A stretch of DNA of 33,834 bases from Octopus bimaculoides (GCF_001194135.2 NC_068986.1:105589107-105622940), one strand, 5' to 3'; positions 21,429-32,740 are shown, counted from the stretch's first letter. Numbers and translations: made by a program. The notes: a model not told the origin generated them from the letters alone.

Positions 21429-22267
21429 AGGCAAAAGGAGAGACAGACAGACAGACAGACAGATAGATAGAAAGATACATGCATACATACATACATACAT
21501 ACAAATGTATATTTTTAAATGAGCATATAGATCTCTGTATGTGCATGTGTGTTTGTATGTATGTGTGTGTATGTGAGCGTGTGCGCATGTGTGGGTGTAG
21601 ACAGAATTTCGCCAGAGGGCGTTCTCAATAAGTAAAATTGATCTATTAACCGTTTAATTTTCGAAAGTAAAACAAAACTGAAATAAATGTTTCATAAATG
21701 TTAAGATAATAATTATATTTGTGTGAACAGCTGAATAAATAAGTGAAAACACAGGCACAAACACACGTTATACATATGTGTGTACATGTGTATTCATATA
21801 CATATGTGTTTGTGTGTGTGTGTGTACGTGTGTATGGAAGCGTGTATACATATAATTATAGTGTATGTATACGTATATATTTGATTGTGTATGACTAAAC
21901 ATACATTTGGATAAAGAAATACATACATACATACACATATATATACATATATAAATATACATATACAGAGATATATAGATAGATAGAAAGATAGATAGAT
22001 AGATACTTACAAACATACATACATACATACACACATACATACATGAGTCGGTGTTTGTCTCAGATCCCTTGTCAACCGGTATTGGTTTGTTTGTAGCTTG
22101 TAACTAAGATCTTCAGCACACAGACCGATCGCATGATTAGCAAGAAATGCCGTGGAGTCGATTGATTAAAATTTTCATGGCGGTGCCCCAGAAATGTCGC
22201 AGTCCAGTGACGATCAAATAAAAATATGTATGTATGCATGTATGCACCTAGGTATGCATGTATGTAT

Positions 22268-22303
<36 letters not shown>

Positions 22304-22417
22304 TGTATGTATGTATGTATGTATGTATGTATGTATGTATGTATGCGTGTAAGTATTTACGTATGCGTATACGTACATATACGTATGCATCTATGTATCT
22401 AAATATGTATGCATTTA

Positions 22418-22452
<35 letters not shown>
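21320..22452. repeat. (GATA)n, (GACA)n, (TACA)n, (TG)n and (TATG)n tracts
   Basis: Read directly, interspersed with short AT-rich unique sequence and a SINE fragment. Confidence 0.9.
22045..22225 (+). mobile_element. Eroded SINE family D 3' half
   Basis: GTCAACCGGTATTGGTTTGTTT...GGCGGTGCCCCAGAAATGTCGCAGTCCAGTGAC. Confidence 0.7.
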
Positions 22453-23118
22453 NNNNNNNNNNNNNNNNNNNNNNNNNNNNNNNNNNNNNNNNNNNNNNNN
22501 NNNNNNNNNNNNNNNNNNNNNNNNNNNNNNNNNNNNNNNNNNNNNNNNNNNNNNNNNNNNNNNNNNNNNNNNNNNNNNNNNNNNNNNNNNNNNNNNNNNN
22601 NNNNNNNNNNNNNNNNNNNNNNNNNNNNNNNNNNNNNNNNNNNNNNNNNNNNNNNNNNNNNNNNNNNNNNNNNNNNNNNNNNNNNNNNNNNNNNNNNNNN
22701 NNNNNNNNNNNNNNNNNNNNNNNNNNNNNNNNNNNNNNNNNNNNNNNNNNNNNNNNNNNNNNNNNNNNNNNNNNNNNNNNNNNNNNNNNNNNNNNNNNNN
22801 NNNNNNNNNNNNNNNNNNNNNNNNNNNNNNNNNNNNNNNNNNNNNNNNNNNNNNNNNNNNNNNNNNNNNNNNNNNNNNNNNNNNNNNNNNNNNNNNNNNN
22901 NNNNNNNNNNNNNNNNNNNNNNNNNNNNNNNNNNNNNNNNNNNNNNNNNNNNNNNNNNNNNNNNNNNNNNNNNNNNNNNNNNNNNNNNNNNNNNNNNNNN
23001 NNNNNNNNNNNNNNNNNNNNNNNNNNNNNNNNNNNNNNNNNNNNNNNNNNNNNNNNNNNNNNNNNNNNNNNNNNNNNNNNNNNNNNNNNNNNNNNNNNNN
23101 NNNNNNNNNNNNNNNNNN

Positions 23119-23192
23119 TTTCTTTTACCGACCCGCTAAGTTACAAGGTCGTAAACACACCAACATCGGTTGTCAAGCGACGGTGGGGTGAT

Positions 23193-23239
<47 letters not shown>

Positions 23240-23398
23240 TACATATATACGACGGGCTTCTTTCACTTTCCGTCTACCAAATCCAATTACAAGGCTTTAT
23301 TCGGCCCGAGGCTATAGTAGAAGATACTTCAGTGGGACTGAACCCGAAACCATGTGGCTGAGAAACAAGCTTCTTACAACACATCCAAACTTGCGCCT
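23119..23398 (-). mobile_element. SINE family D, antisense, internal (CA)n
   Basis: The minus strand starts AGGCGCAAGTTTGGATGTGTTGTAAGAAGCTTG, followed by the internal microsatellite and TCGCTTGACAACCGATGTTGGTGTGTTTACG. Confidence 0.88.
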
Positions 23399-23399
23399 G

Positions 23400-24460
23400 C
23401 ATGTATGTATGTATGTATGTATGTATGCATGTTTGTATGTCTGCATTAACGTATGTATATATATATAGTTATGTATATATATATAGTTATGTATATATAA
23501 CTATGTATGCATGTATGTATACATGTATGTGTGTATGTATGCATTTTTGTATGTGTTCTTGTATATATGTAAGCAATCCATATAGGTATGTATTTATACC
23601 TGTATGTATATGTGTATATATGTGTATGTAAATATGTATGTCTGTATGTATGTGTATGAGAATGTATGCATGAATGTATATCTGTATGTATGTGTGTATA
23701 TATGCATGTTCGTGCCTTTGTAGGTATGTATGTATGCACATAAGTATGTATACATGTATGGCTGTATGTATATATATATGTGTGTATGTGCATGTTTTTG
23801 TACTGTACGTATGCATGCTTGCATGTATGTGTGTGTGCATGCATATATACATATATAGAAAGATACATACATACATACATGCATATGCATGTGTGCCTTT
23901 GTGTTTTTGTGTGTGTGTGTGTGTGCTTCTGTGCTTGCGTGTGTTGTATTGTGTGTGTCTGTGTGTGTTTGTGTATGTGCGAGCGTGCGTACGTCTGTAT
24001 GTGTGCATCTGTGTATGTTTGTGTGCGAGGATAAATATACATTTGTCTGTAGTTACAAATGCGTAAAATCTAAAGTCTAGACTGGATAGTTTTCTTTTTC
24101 TTTTTTTATTTTGTACCTTTTCAACGCATAAACATGCAAACCGCACATTGTACACACGCTCGCGTGCGCGTGCGCGTGTACTATAGAGGTATGCGCATAC
24201 CATCCTGCAAAAACATACGCAGGCTTACACCTAGCAATAAATATCAACTCGCAAACAGACATGCATTAACAGGCGCTCTTAAACGCACGTTCATACGAAG
24301 TTTGTATTCACACGCGCTTGTTTATGTGTTACAGGCATGCACACACGGACACAGGGATACAGAAAGACGGTTAGGGCGAGGAAGGCGGTGAGAAGGAAAG
24401 AAAGAAAGAAAGTAAAGGAAGGTTGAAAATGGGGAGGGAGAAAGAAAAATTCAAGACTGG

Positions 24461-24552
<92 letters not shown>

Positions 24553-24716
24553 CATGCACATGCACATAGATTGGTAGAGGGAGAGAGAGACAGACAGACA
24601 CATATAGATAAATAGATAAATAAATAGACAGATAGATAGGTAGACAGAAAGAAGGAAAGGAAAGAAAAGAAATAAGAAAGATGGTAAAAAAAGAATGAAA
24701 ATTTGACTCCCGCGCA

Positions 24717-24756
<40 letters not shown>
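23400..24756. repeat. Cryptic (TATG)/(TG) tract, then (GACA)n/(GATA)n and (CA)n
   Basis: Read directly. Includes a short 18-nt tandem repeat at about 23450-23490. Confidence 0.88.
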
Positions 24757-24757
<1 letters not shown>

Positions 24758-24768
24758 CCAAACCTTAC

Positions 24769-24838
24769 CACCGTATGCATAGGGATAATATTTGTAGAAA
24801 CCCCACCGGTGACAAATTCTCCTTTCGTTCCGCCTTGA
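24769..24838 (-). CDS. Candidate 70-nt internal exon of an unidentified gene
   Basis: The minus strand has a pyrimidine-rich acceptor (CTTTTGATCTCTTTCGACAG) and a donor G|GTAAGG. All three frames are open. No homology recognised. Confidence 0.2.
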
Positions 24839-24894
24839 CTGTCGAAAGAGATCAAAAGTTCAACTCCTGCCCTCGCTTTCATATTCCAATAATC

Positions 24895-25310
24895 GCAGGC
24901 AGGCGAAAGTGTTTGTTAAGAAGTTTGCTTTCCATCCACATTGTTCAGGGTTCAGTCCCACTGTGCGACATCTTGGATAAATGTGTTCTACTANNNNNNN
25001 NNNNNNNNNNNNNNNNNNNNNNNNNNNNNNNNNNNNNNNNNNNNNNNNNNNNNNNNNNNNNNNNNNNNNNNNNNNNNNNNNNNNNNNNNNNNNNNNNNNN
25101 NNNNNNNNNNNNNNNNNNNNNNNNNNNNNNNNNNNNNNNNNNNNNNNNNNNNNNNNNNNNNNNNNNNNNNNNNNNNNNNNNNNNNNNNNNNNNNNNNNNN
25201 NNNNNNNNNNNNNNNNNNNNNNNNNNNNNNNNNNNNNNNNNNNNNNNNNNNNNNNNNNNNNNNNNNNNNNNNNNNNNNNNNNNNNNNNNNNNNNNNNNNN
25301 NNNNNNNNNN

Positions 25311-25348
<38 letters not shown>

Positions 25349-25526
25349 ATATGAATATATATATATGTATATATCACACACGCGCACGCACACACCCTTG
25401 TGTATGTGTGTGTCTGTTTGAATGTGCGTGTCCTGCCAGCCCTTCACAACCGGTATTGGTTTGTTTACGCCCCTGTAACCTAGCGGCTCAGTAATAGAGT
25501 CTGATAAAAATAAAGGCGGCAGATTT

Positions 25527-25567
<41 letters not shown>

Positions 25568-25650
25568 TACGGCAGTCAATCAGTTCCACGAAAATCCCTC
25601 TAGGTGGTGCCCCAGCATGGCCGCAATCCAATAACTGAAACAGGTAACAA
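24895..25650 (+). mobile_element. SINE family D spanning a gap and an internal microsatellite
   Basis: The 5' half (GGGTTCAGTCCCACTGTGCGACATCTTGGATAAATGTG) precedes the gap. The 3' half (ACAACCGGTATTGGTTTGTTTACGCCCC...CCCAGCATGGCCGCAATCCAATAACTGAAAC) follows it and has an (AAT)n expansion at 25527-25567. Confidence 0.82.
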
Positions 25651-26011
25651 AAAAAATGGGGGTAGGGTTGGAGTGGTGGGGGCATCTTGTCTGATGCTCT
25701 AACGATTTTGCTACTCCCCAGAACTACACACACGCACACACAAACACACACACACACACCTATACACGCACCTATATATTCCTATGCGTAGCCCCATGCA
25801 TTGACTTACGCATACATATACACACACACACACACAAATTCCTACACATGCACACATACACAGACACTCACGCATTAACGCACACACATACACATTGTTT
25901 ACACACATATGCATACACACATGCACACACATGCACGTACGCGCGCACACACGAGCACACTTTCTTACGAAACAACGTCCATGATGAGACAACACAGGTG
26001 CCTCACGTGGT

Positions 26012-26210
26012 CAATAGAGTTGTTAAAAATAGCAGCCTAATTTCCTTCAAATTACACTACTGTCTATATAAAAAAAAGGAGGAACTTCTTGGTGTGCGAT
26101 AATTCGGGATGGTCATGGCCGGAACGCTGATAATCTGAGGTTTGCTCAGTCATTGCCGACGGGAACTAAATTACACACATACACACACGTATATAGAGAC
26201 ATACACAAAT

Positions 26211-26267
<57 letters not shown>

Positions 26268-28000
26268 TACAACCGAACAGTACATGTATACGCACATATA
26301 CACAGATACATTTGCATACACTAAAAAATACACACACACAAACATACTCTCAAAAATACACACACACACACACAAACATACACATGCCCATTTACACAAA
26401 CTCGTACACACACGCACGCATATATTCACAGAGACATGTATATACACACATACACAAACTCTCACACACAACCGAATAGTACACACACACACACATACAC
26501 AAAAGAAAACTGTAAACATATACTCAAATAGTCATACACACACTCACACTCACACGTAAACATACACACAGATTTACACACATGCACACACAGTCTGTTG
26601 GGTGAACCTGAAGCAACCTCTCCATTTGCTAGAAATAACACACAAATCTCCCTTATATCGCGCTCTATTGACTTAAAATTGGAAGGACACGTTGGACAAT
26701 AGTAGTTCTGGTTACAGAATTAGACAAAATAGTCATAACTGGAAGGCTTTTGATCATAGTCCTGTTGGAACATATCTGACCTGGGGCGAAATAACAATAA
26801 CAGTCAGAGCGAGATTGTACGTGGTCATCGATTTGCGTGAAATAGCAGCCAAATTTCACTTTCTTTGAGATATATATAATGAAAAAGTTGATATTGGATA
26901 ATATTGAAATAAATATATAAGCAGACAAGATCGTCACGGCTGGAACAACTCTGATATTAGATTTGTTCACTCATAGTTGACCTTGGGCTAAACAACTTTA
27001 CAGAAGCTACAACGGGTTCATTCGGCTTACTAGAAATAGCAGTCAAATCGCCTTTTAGATAACGTCTAATTGTCTTTTAAATATCTTGTGGTATACTATT
27101 CCAGCACCACCACCACCAACAACAACAACAACAACAACAACCATGTCATTAGATGAAGAGTTAAATCCAATCCCTGCACCTGGAGCCTTTATGTGGTCAC
27201 TCGATGCGCTAGAAATAGCAGCTAAATATCCCTCAAATTGTTGTTGGCACTCCGTCGCTTACGACGTCGAGGGTTCCAGTTGATCCGATCGACGGAATAG
27301 CCTGCTCGTGAAATTAACGTGCAAGTGGCTGAGAACTCCACAGACACGTGTACTCTTAACGTAGTTCTCGGGGATATTCAGCATGATACAGTGTGACAAG
27401 GCTGACCCTTTGAATTACAGGCACAACAAAAACAGGAAGTAAGAGTGAGAGAAAGTTGTGGTGAAAGAGTACAGCAGGGTTCGCCACCATCCCCTGCCGG
27501 AGCCTCGTGGAGCTTTTAGGTGTTTTCGTTCAATAAACACTCACAACGCCCGGTCTGGGAATCGAAACCGCGATCCAATGACCGCGAGTCCGCTGCCCTA
27601 ACCGCTGAGCCATTGCGCCTCCACAATGATCTGTATGTCTATTTTAATGTAACCAAGGGCTAAACAACATCAACAACAACAACCATGTCATTTCGGTCAG
27701 AGATAGATGAAGAGTTAAATGCAATCCCTGCACCTAGCGCTTTTATGTGGTCACTCGATGCGCTAGACATAGCAGCTAAATATCTCTCAAATTTAAAGTC
27801 ACCCAACGGCCTTCAGAAAAGGGCTCCGTAATGTTGTACAATACACTCCATGAAAGTCGGCGTAGCCACGGATTGAGCCTCTTTGAGTGAGATTGATCTC
27901 AGGTTAAACATGAACTCAAAACATTAGATAATACTCTCTTAAATAGTCGGGATGGTCACGGATCGATTGTCTTTGATCTTAGGTTTGCTTGATCAAGATT
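26012..28000 (+). mobile_element. Cluster of same-strand family F repeat fragments with (CAA)n tails
   Basis: The motif GCTAGAAATAGCAGC(C/T)AAATC recurs at about 26015, 26620, 27030, 27208 and 27762. The 3' motif GGATGGTCA(T/C)GGCTGGAA...GGGCTAAACAAC recurs at about 26108, 26730, 26930 and 27950. Confidence 0.75.
27238..27623 (-). mobile_element. Full-length tRNA-derived SINE, head A joined to body Y
   Basis: Reverse complement of 6028-6410, ending in a (CAA)n tail. Confidence 0.93.
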
Positions 28001-28059
28001 AACCAATATAAATCATTGCACAATGTGGTTCTAGATACTTTCGAAATACGGCGATGGTC

Positions 28060-29275
28060 GGCGCTAGCGTGGCCGTGTGGGTAAGGAGCTCGCTTTGCAA
28101 TAAGAGGGATTGGGGTTCAGTCCCACTGCACAGCAATTTGAGTAAAGAGCCTTCTATTTAGGAAACGAGCAGAGCAGTGCTTTGGGAGTGAAGAATTTGG
28201 TAAACGGGAATTATGAAGCAATGTGTGTGTGTGTGTGTATGAGTGTGTGAGTGTGTGTGAGTGCGTAAGTGTGCATGTGTAAGTGTGTGTGAATGTATGA
28301 GTGTGTGTGGGTAAATGTGTGCGTGCGTGTGTGAGTAAGCGTGTGCGTAAGTGTGTGTGTGCGTAAGTGTGTGTGAATGTGCGCGTGTGAGTGTATAAAT
28401 GTTGTGCGTGCGTGTGTGTGTGTAAGTGTATGTGTGTGTAAATGTATGAGTGTGTGTGTGTGTGTGTCTAAGTGTGTGTGTGAGTATGTGTGTATTTGAA
28501 TGTGTGAGTGTGTGTGTAAGTCTGTTTTTGAATATGCGTGTGCATGTGTGAATGTGTAAGTGTGTGTGTAAGTGTGTATGTGAATGTGTGAGTGTGTGTG
28601 TATGTGAATGTGTAAGTGTGTGTGTGTAAGTGTGTATGTGAATGTGTGAGTGCGTGCGTGAATGTGTCAGTGTGTGTGTGTAAGTGTATGTGTGTGTATG
28701 TGAATGTGTGTGTGTAATTGGGAATGTGTGTGTGAGTGCGTGTGATTGTATGTAAACGTGTGAGCGCGAGTGTGTATGTATGTACGTATGTGAATGTGTG
28801 AGTGTGTGAGTGTGTGTGAGTGAGTGTGTGTAAGGCGACGAGGTGGCAGAATGCTTAGCGTCACTTTGTGCGTCTTTTCGTTCTGAGATGTGGGGAGAGG
28901 TGAGGATGCGTGAGCGTGCTCCAGCATGGCTGTAGCCTTTGGACTGAATCACATAGAAGGACGTGTGTGTGAGAGAGAGCGTGTGAGTGTGTGTGAACGT
29001 GTGCGGGTGTATGAGAGAGAGAGAGAGAGAAAGAGTGTGTGTGTATTTGTGTGTGCATGTTTTTCCTTCTCATTGTCCCTACCACTTGAAAGCCGGTGTT
29101 AGTATGTTTACGTCCCTGTAACTTAAGTGTTACAGCGAAGTAGACCGACAGAATAAACACCGGATTTTGGAAAAAAAAGGGAAAAGTTCTGAGGTCGATT
29201 TCTTCGACTCCACAACTTCAGGTCGGTGCTCCAGTATGACCGCGGTTCGATGACTGAAACGAGTTCACACAGCAA
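28060..29275 (+). mobile_element. Eroded SINE family D whose internal microsatellite region has expanded to about 850 bp
   Basis: D 5' half at 28060-28221, GT/GTGA/GTAA cryptic repeats at 28222-29070 with an embedded C-head/D-tail fragment at 28833-28960, and D 3' half at 29070-29275. Confidence 0.7.
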
Positions 29276-29329
29276 AAGAGAAACTCGGTCTGCTTGACCA
29301 GGACTGACCCGGGGTTAAAACAACAACAT

Positions 29330-29492
29330 AGGCGCAGGAGTGGCTTTGTGGTTAGAAGCTTGCTTACCAACTACGTGGTTCCGGGTTCAGTCCCACTGCG
29401 TGGCACCTTGGCCGAGTGTCTCTACTATAGCCTCGGGCCGACCAAAGCCTTGTGAGTGGATTTGGTAGACGGAAACGGAAAGAAGCCCGTCG

Positions 29493-29536
<44 letters not shown>

Positions 29537-29805
29537 TGAGTGTGTGTGTGTGTGTATGTGTGTATGTGTGTGTGTGTGTATCCATGTGTGTGCGTGTATA
29601 TGTTTGTGTGTCTGTGTTTGTTCCCCACATACATCAATTGACAACCGATGCTGGTGTGTTTATGTCCCCGTAACTAAGCGGTTCGGCAAAAGAGACCGAT
29701 AGAATAAGTACTAGACTTACAAAGAATAAGTCCTGGGGTCCATTTGCTCGATTAAAAGCGGTGCTCCATCATGGCCGCAGTCAAATGACTGAAACAAACA
29801 AAAGA
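29330..29805 (+). mobile_element. Full-length, well preserved SINE family D
   Basis: AGGCGCAGGAGTGGCTTTGTGGTTAGAAG (A box-like), GGGTTCAGTCCC (B box-like), internal (GT)n at about 29495-29620, and 3' hairpins. Confidence 0.94.
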
Positions 29806-30297
29806 AAACTGAATACCAACTTATATGCGGCTGTCCGTCTCCGCTAGAAATAGCAGCAGAATTCAATAAATTCACGCTTTTTCAAGATTTAAAAGAGAAT
29901 ATGATGAACACATTAGATAATGTATTCCTAAAAGCAAACAAAAAAAGAATATAACAACAGCAACAATTACATATTAAACAACAGCAACAACTCCAGCTGC
30001 ACTTACTACTGCAGTTTATAAACTGCAATGGTATCTCAAAGAGGTCTGAAACTGCTGTTTCAACACCAGCCTGCACTCACTCATTGATGTGACGTGTGTG
30101 TTGCACACAGCTGATGTAGCTACAAAGATGAGAGAGATTTCTTCTCTGACTGTAGTCAGACACACAGACACAGTTGCAAGCGCAGACTAACTTACACACT
30201 TTATAACCAGCTTATAGGTGGTCGTTCGGTTCTGGTAGAAATAGCAGTCAAATTCTACTAAATCGCTTCTTGCCAAGGAGTGTGATAGAAGAAAGGG

Positions 30298-30495
30298 AGG
30301 CGCAGATATGTGTGTGTGCGAAAAGAAGTTTGCTTCGCAACCACATGGTCTCAGGTTCGGTCCCACTGTGTGGTACCATGGGTAAGTGTCTTCTACTATA
30401 ATCCCGGGCTGATCAAAGTCTTGTCAGTGGATTTGACATACAGAAACTGAAAGAAGCCCGTTATGTGTATGTATGTATGTATGCATGTATGTATG

Positions 30496-30534
<39 letters not shown>
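30298..30534 (+). mobile_element. SINE family D 5' half running into (TATG)n(TA)n and a gap
   Basis: CAACCACATGGTCTCAGGTTCGGTCCCACTGTGTGGTACC...GAAACTGAAAGAAGCCCGTT. Confidence 0.86.
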
Positions 30535-30867
30535 NNNNNNNNNNNNNNNNNNNNNNNNNNNNNNNNNNNNNNNNNNNNNNNNNNNNNNNNNNNNNNNNNN
30601 NNNNNNNNNNNNNNNNNNNNNNNNNNNNNNNNNNNNNNNNNNNNNNNNNNNNNNNNNNNNNNNNNNNNNNNNNNNNNNNNNNNNNNNNNNNNNNNNNNNN
30701 NNNNNNNNNNNNNNNNNNNNNNNNNNNNNNNNNNNNNNNNNNNNNTATATTATAAGGTTTTTAAACTTTTAAATTTTCATATTCAAAAGAGACAGAGAAT
30801 TCAAATTCGATATATCGATTTATATATACATCCTCTGGGAAAATTATTATATATATATATATATATA

Positions 30868-30976
30868 CTTTTATTCTCTTACTTGTTTCAGTCATTTGAC
30901 TGCGGCCTTGCTGGAGGACCGCCTTTAGTCGAACAAATCGATCCCAGGACTTATTATTTGTAAGCCTAGTGCTTAC
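30868..30976 (-). mobile_element. SINE family D 3' fragment, antisense
   Basis: CTTGTTTCAGTCATTTGACTGCGGCCTTGCTGGAGGACCGCCTTTAGTCGAACAAATCGATCCCAGGAC. Confidence 0.88.
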
Positions 30977-31165
30977 AAAGAAAAGGGTGCCAGTTGAGTC
31001 CTGAAATCGATATCATCGATAATTCCCTTTCCCCAACCCCTCAGAATCCTAGACCATGTACCCAAAGTCTAAATATAATTAGTCTTGTAAAGCGGTAAGG
31101 TGTCAGAATCGTTACAGCGTCGGACAAAATGCCCAGCGGCATTTCTCCCGGCACTTTCTGCATTC
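30975..31165 (+). mobile_element. Eroded SINE family C fragments (a tail, then a head)
   Basis: GCCAGTTGAGTCCTGAAATCGATATCATCGA, followed by GTCAGAATCGTTACAGCGTCGGACAAAATGCCCAGCGGCATTTC. Confidence 0.65.
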
Positions 31166-31274
31166 AAATGATGAGATGACGCAGGAGAGTAGCAGAATCC
31201 TTGGTGTGTTGGCAGAAGAGCTTTACGGGTATATGTGTCGGGTCTCTACCTTCTGAATTTAAATCCCATCTACC

Positions 31275-31440
31275 TGGAGAAGGCAACAGGGAACCACACT
31301 AATATTCATCCCATGGTGGCCCGAAGTTCCAGTAATTTACTTAACAGCAGCAGGGAAGAGTACGGACCCTTCCAGATCGTATAGAGGGTGCTGGAGAAGG
31401 TTCACATGCACAGGACCTGCTCAAGGGCAGACCGCCGCTA
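31275..31440 (+). mobile_element. Possible RTE-related remnant
   Basis: CTGGAGAAGGCAACAGGGAACCACACTAATATTC resembles the GGAGAAGGCAATGGCAACCCACTCCAGTATTC segment known from RTE/BovB-derived repeats. Confidence 0.35.
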
Positions 31441-31625
31441 CACTAAACCAGAGAAGTATAATTAAGTCGATTAAATCAACAAAACCCCTTCTCTCAAAAT
31501 GCTAGCCTTTTGCCTAAAATTCAAACAATAATTAGCTCGTTCCGTCAGGTCAAGAGAGGGTACGTGTCCTAGTGGTCACACTGCTCGCAAGTATTCGCTT
31601 GCTTTTAATATTACAAGTTTACAAG

Positions 31626-32028
31626 GCGGCGAGCTGGCAGAAACATTAGCACGCCGGGCGAAATGCTTAGCGGTATTTCGTCTATCTTTACGTTCTGAGT
31701 TCAAATTCCGCCGAGGCCGACTTTGCCTTTCATCCTTTCGGGGTCGATAAATTAAGTATCAGTTACGCACTGGGGTCGATATAATTGACTTAATCCCTTT
31801 GTGTGTAGCCCCTTGTGAGGAGTAAAGAAATAAGGAACGTTAGCACGCCGGGTGAAATGCTTAGCGGTTTATCGTCTGCCGTTACGTTCTGGGTTCAAAT
31901 TCCGCCGAAGTCGACTTTGCCTTTCATCTTTTCGGGGTCAATAAATTAAGTACCAGTTGCGTACTGAGTCGATCTAATCTACTGGCCCCTCCCCGAAAAT
32001 TTCGAGCCTTGTGCCTAGAGTAGAAAAG
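31626..32028 (+). mobile_element. Dimeric SINE family C with 12-bp TSD
   Basis: Two monomers, the second 5'-truncated and starting at about 31835. AATATTACAAGT flanks the unit at 31607-31618 and 32029-32040. Confidence 0.93.
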
Positions 32029-32261
32029 AATATTACAAGTCTATTTACATTTGAAGTCAGTGAAATACATGACACTTTACATGTTAACACAAACGAAAGA
32101 GATTGTTTAAACTAGATGTTATTCAGTAGAAGTTAAGTGGTGGTGTTCCTCCTTCAACTAGTTTGCTAAAACTAAAACCAAATATGTCAGTGAATGGCGA
32201 CATCCTCAATGATCCTTTTGCCTAAATTGCAGACAATAATTAGCTCAATGCATATAAGAGT

Positions 32262-32740
32262 GGACGATTATCAGAATCGTTAGAGCGTCGGACAAAATGT
32301 CTCACGATATTTCTTCTCGTTCCTTCAGGTCTAGAGAAGGCGCGTGATCTAATGGTCAGAGTGTTGCTCTCACGATCGTAAGAGCTTGGTTTCCATTCCA
32401 GGACAGGGTGGGGCATTGTGCTCTTCAGCTAACCACTTCCCTTCCCGTTGCTCTATTCCACTCGGCTGTGAAGGAGTTGTAGCAACCGTGCGGTGGACCA
32501 CAGTCCCGTTCAGGAGGGAATGTCGTAATCTCAGTCGCATAATCTCCATGGTAACTGAGTCAAATGTGGGTCGTATGCGTCCTAGAAACTCATGACAGAC
32601 CGACGTAATTTTCAATTCTAAGTTCAAATCGCACCAAGGTACACAGAATAAAGTACCACTCAAGTACCGAGGCCGATGATATCCATGAATCCTGCTTTTC
32701 CTAAAAATTACTAGTCTTGTCTAAACCAGAAACCAGAATT
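32262..32740 (+). mobile_element. Old SINE family C split by a head-E SINE insertion
   Basis: C head at 32262-32325. The C core resumes at about 32600 (TTCTAAGTTCAAATCGCACCAAGG). Confidence 0.6.
32339..32590 (+). mobile_element. tRNA-derived SINE, head E joined to an X-like body
   Basis: GGCGCGTGATCTAATGGTCAGAGTG...CACGATCGTAAG...GGTTTCCATTCC resembles the 1803 head. The body CCGTGCGGTGGACCACAGTCCCGTTCAG resembles CTGCGATGGACTGGCATCTCGTCCATCTG of the 2888-3195 copy. Confidence 0.65.

Larger units (their letters stand above)
431..30745. other. 13 assembly gaps (N runs)
   Basis: N runs at 431-1006, 1429-1458, 3981-4422, 10926-11024, 12658-12968, 14166-14752, 15572-15581, 16588-17008, 18076-18605, 19923-20143, 22453-23118, 24994-25310 and 30535-30745. 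Nearly all abut TA-rich repeats on at least one side. Confidence 0.99.

Noticed and set aside
24810-24850. DSQGGT and FLQIL peptides reminiscent of KCNQ channel S4-S5
   Set aside because: The two matches are in different frames, in the wrong order and too short. They are treated as coincidence.
9240-29644. Recurring peptides such as [23 protein letters not shown] and YDGFFQFPSTK in several ORFs, suggesting a gene family
   Set aside because: They are antisense translations of the SINE family D 5' half.
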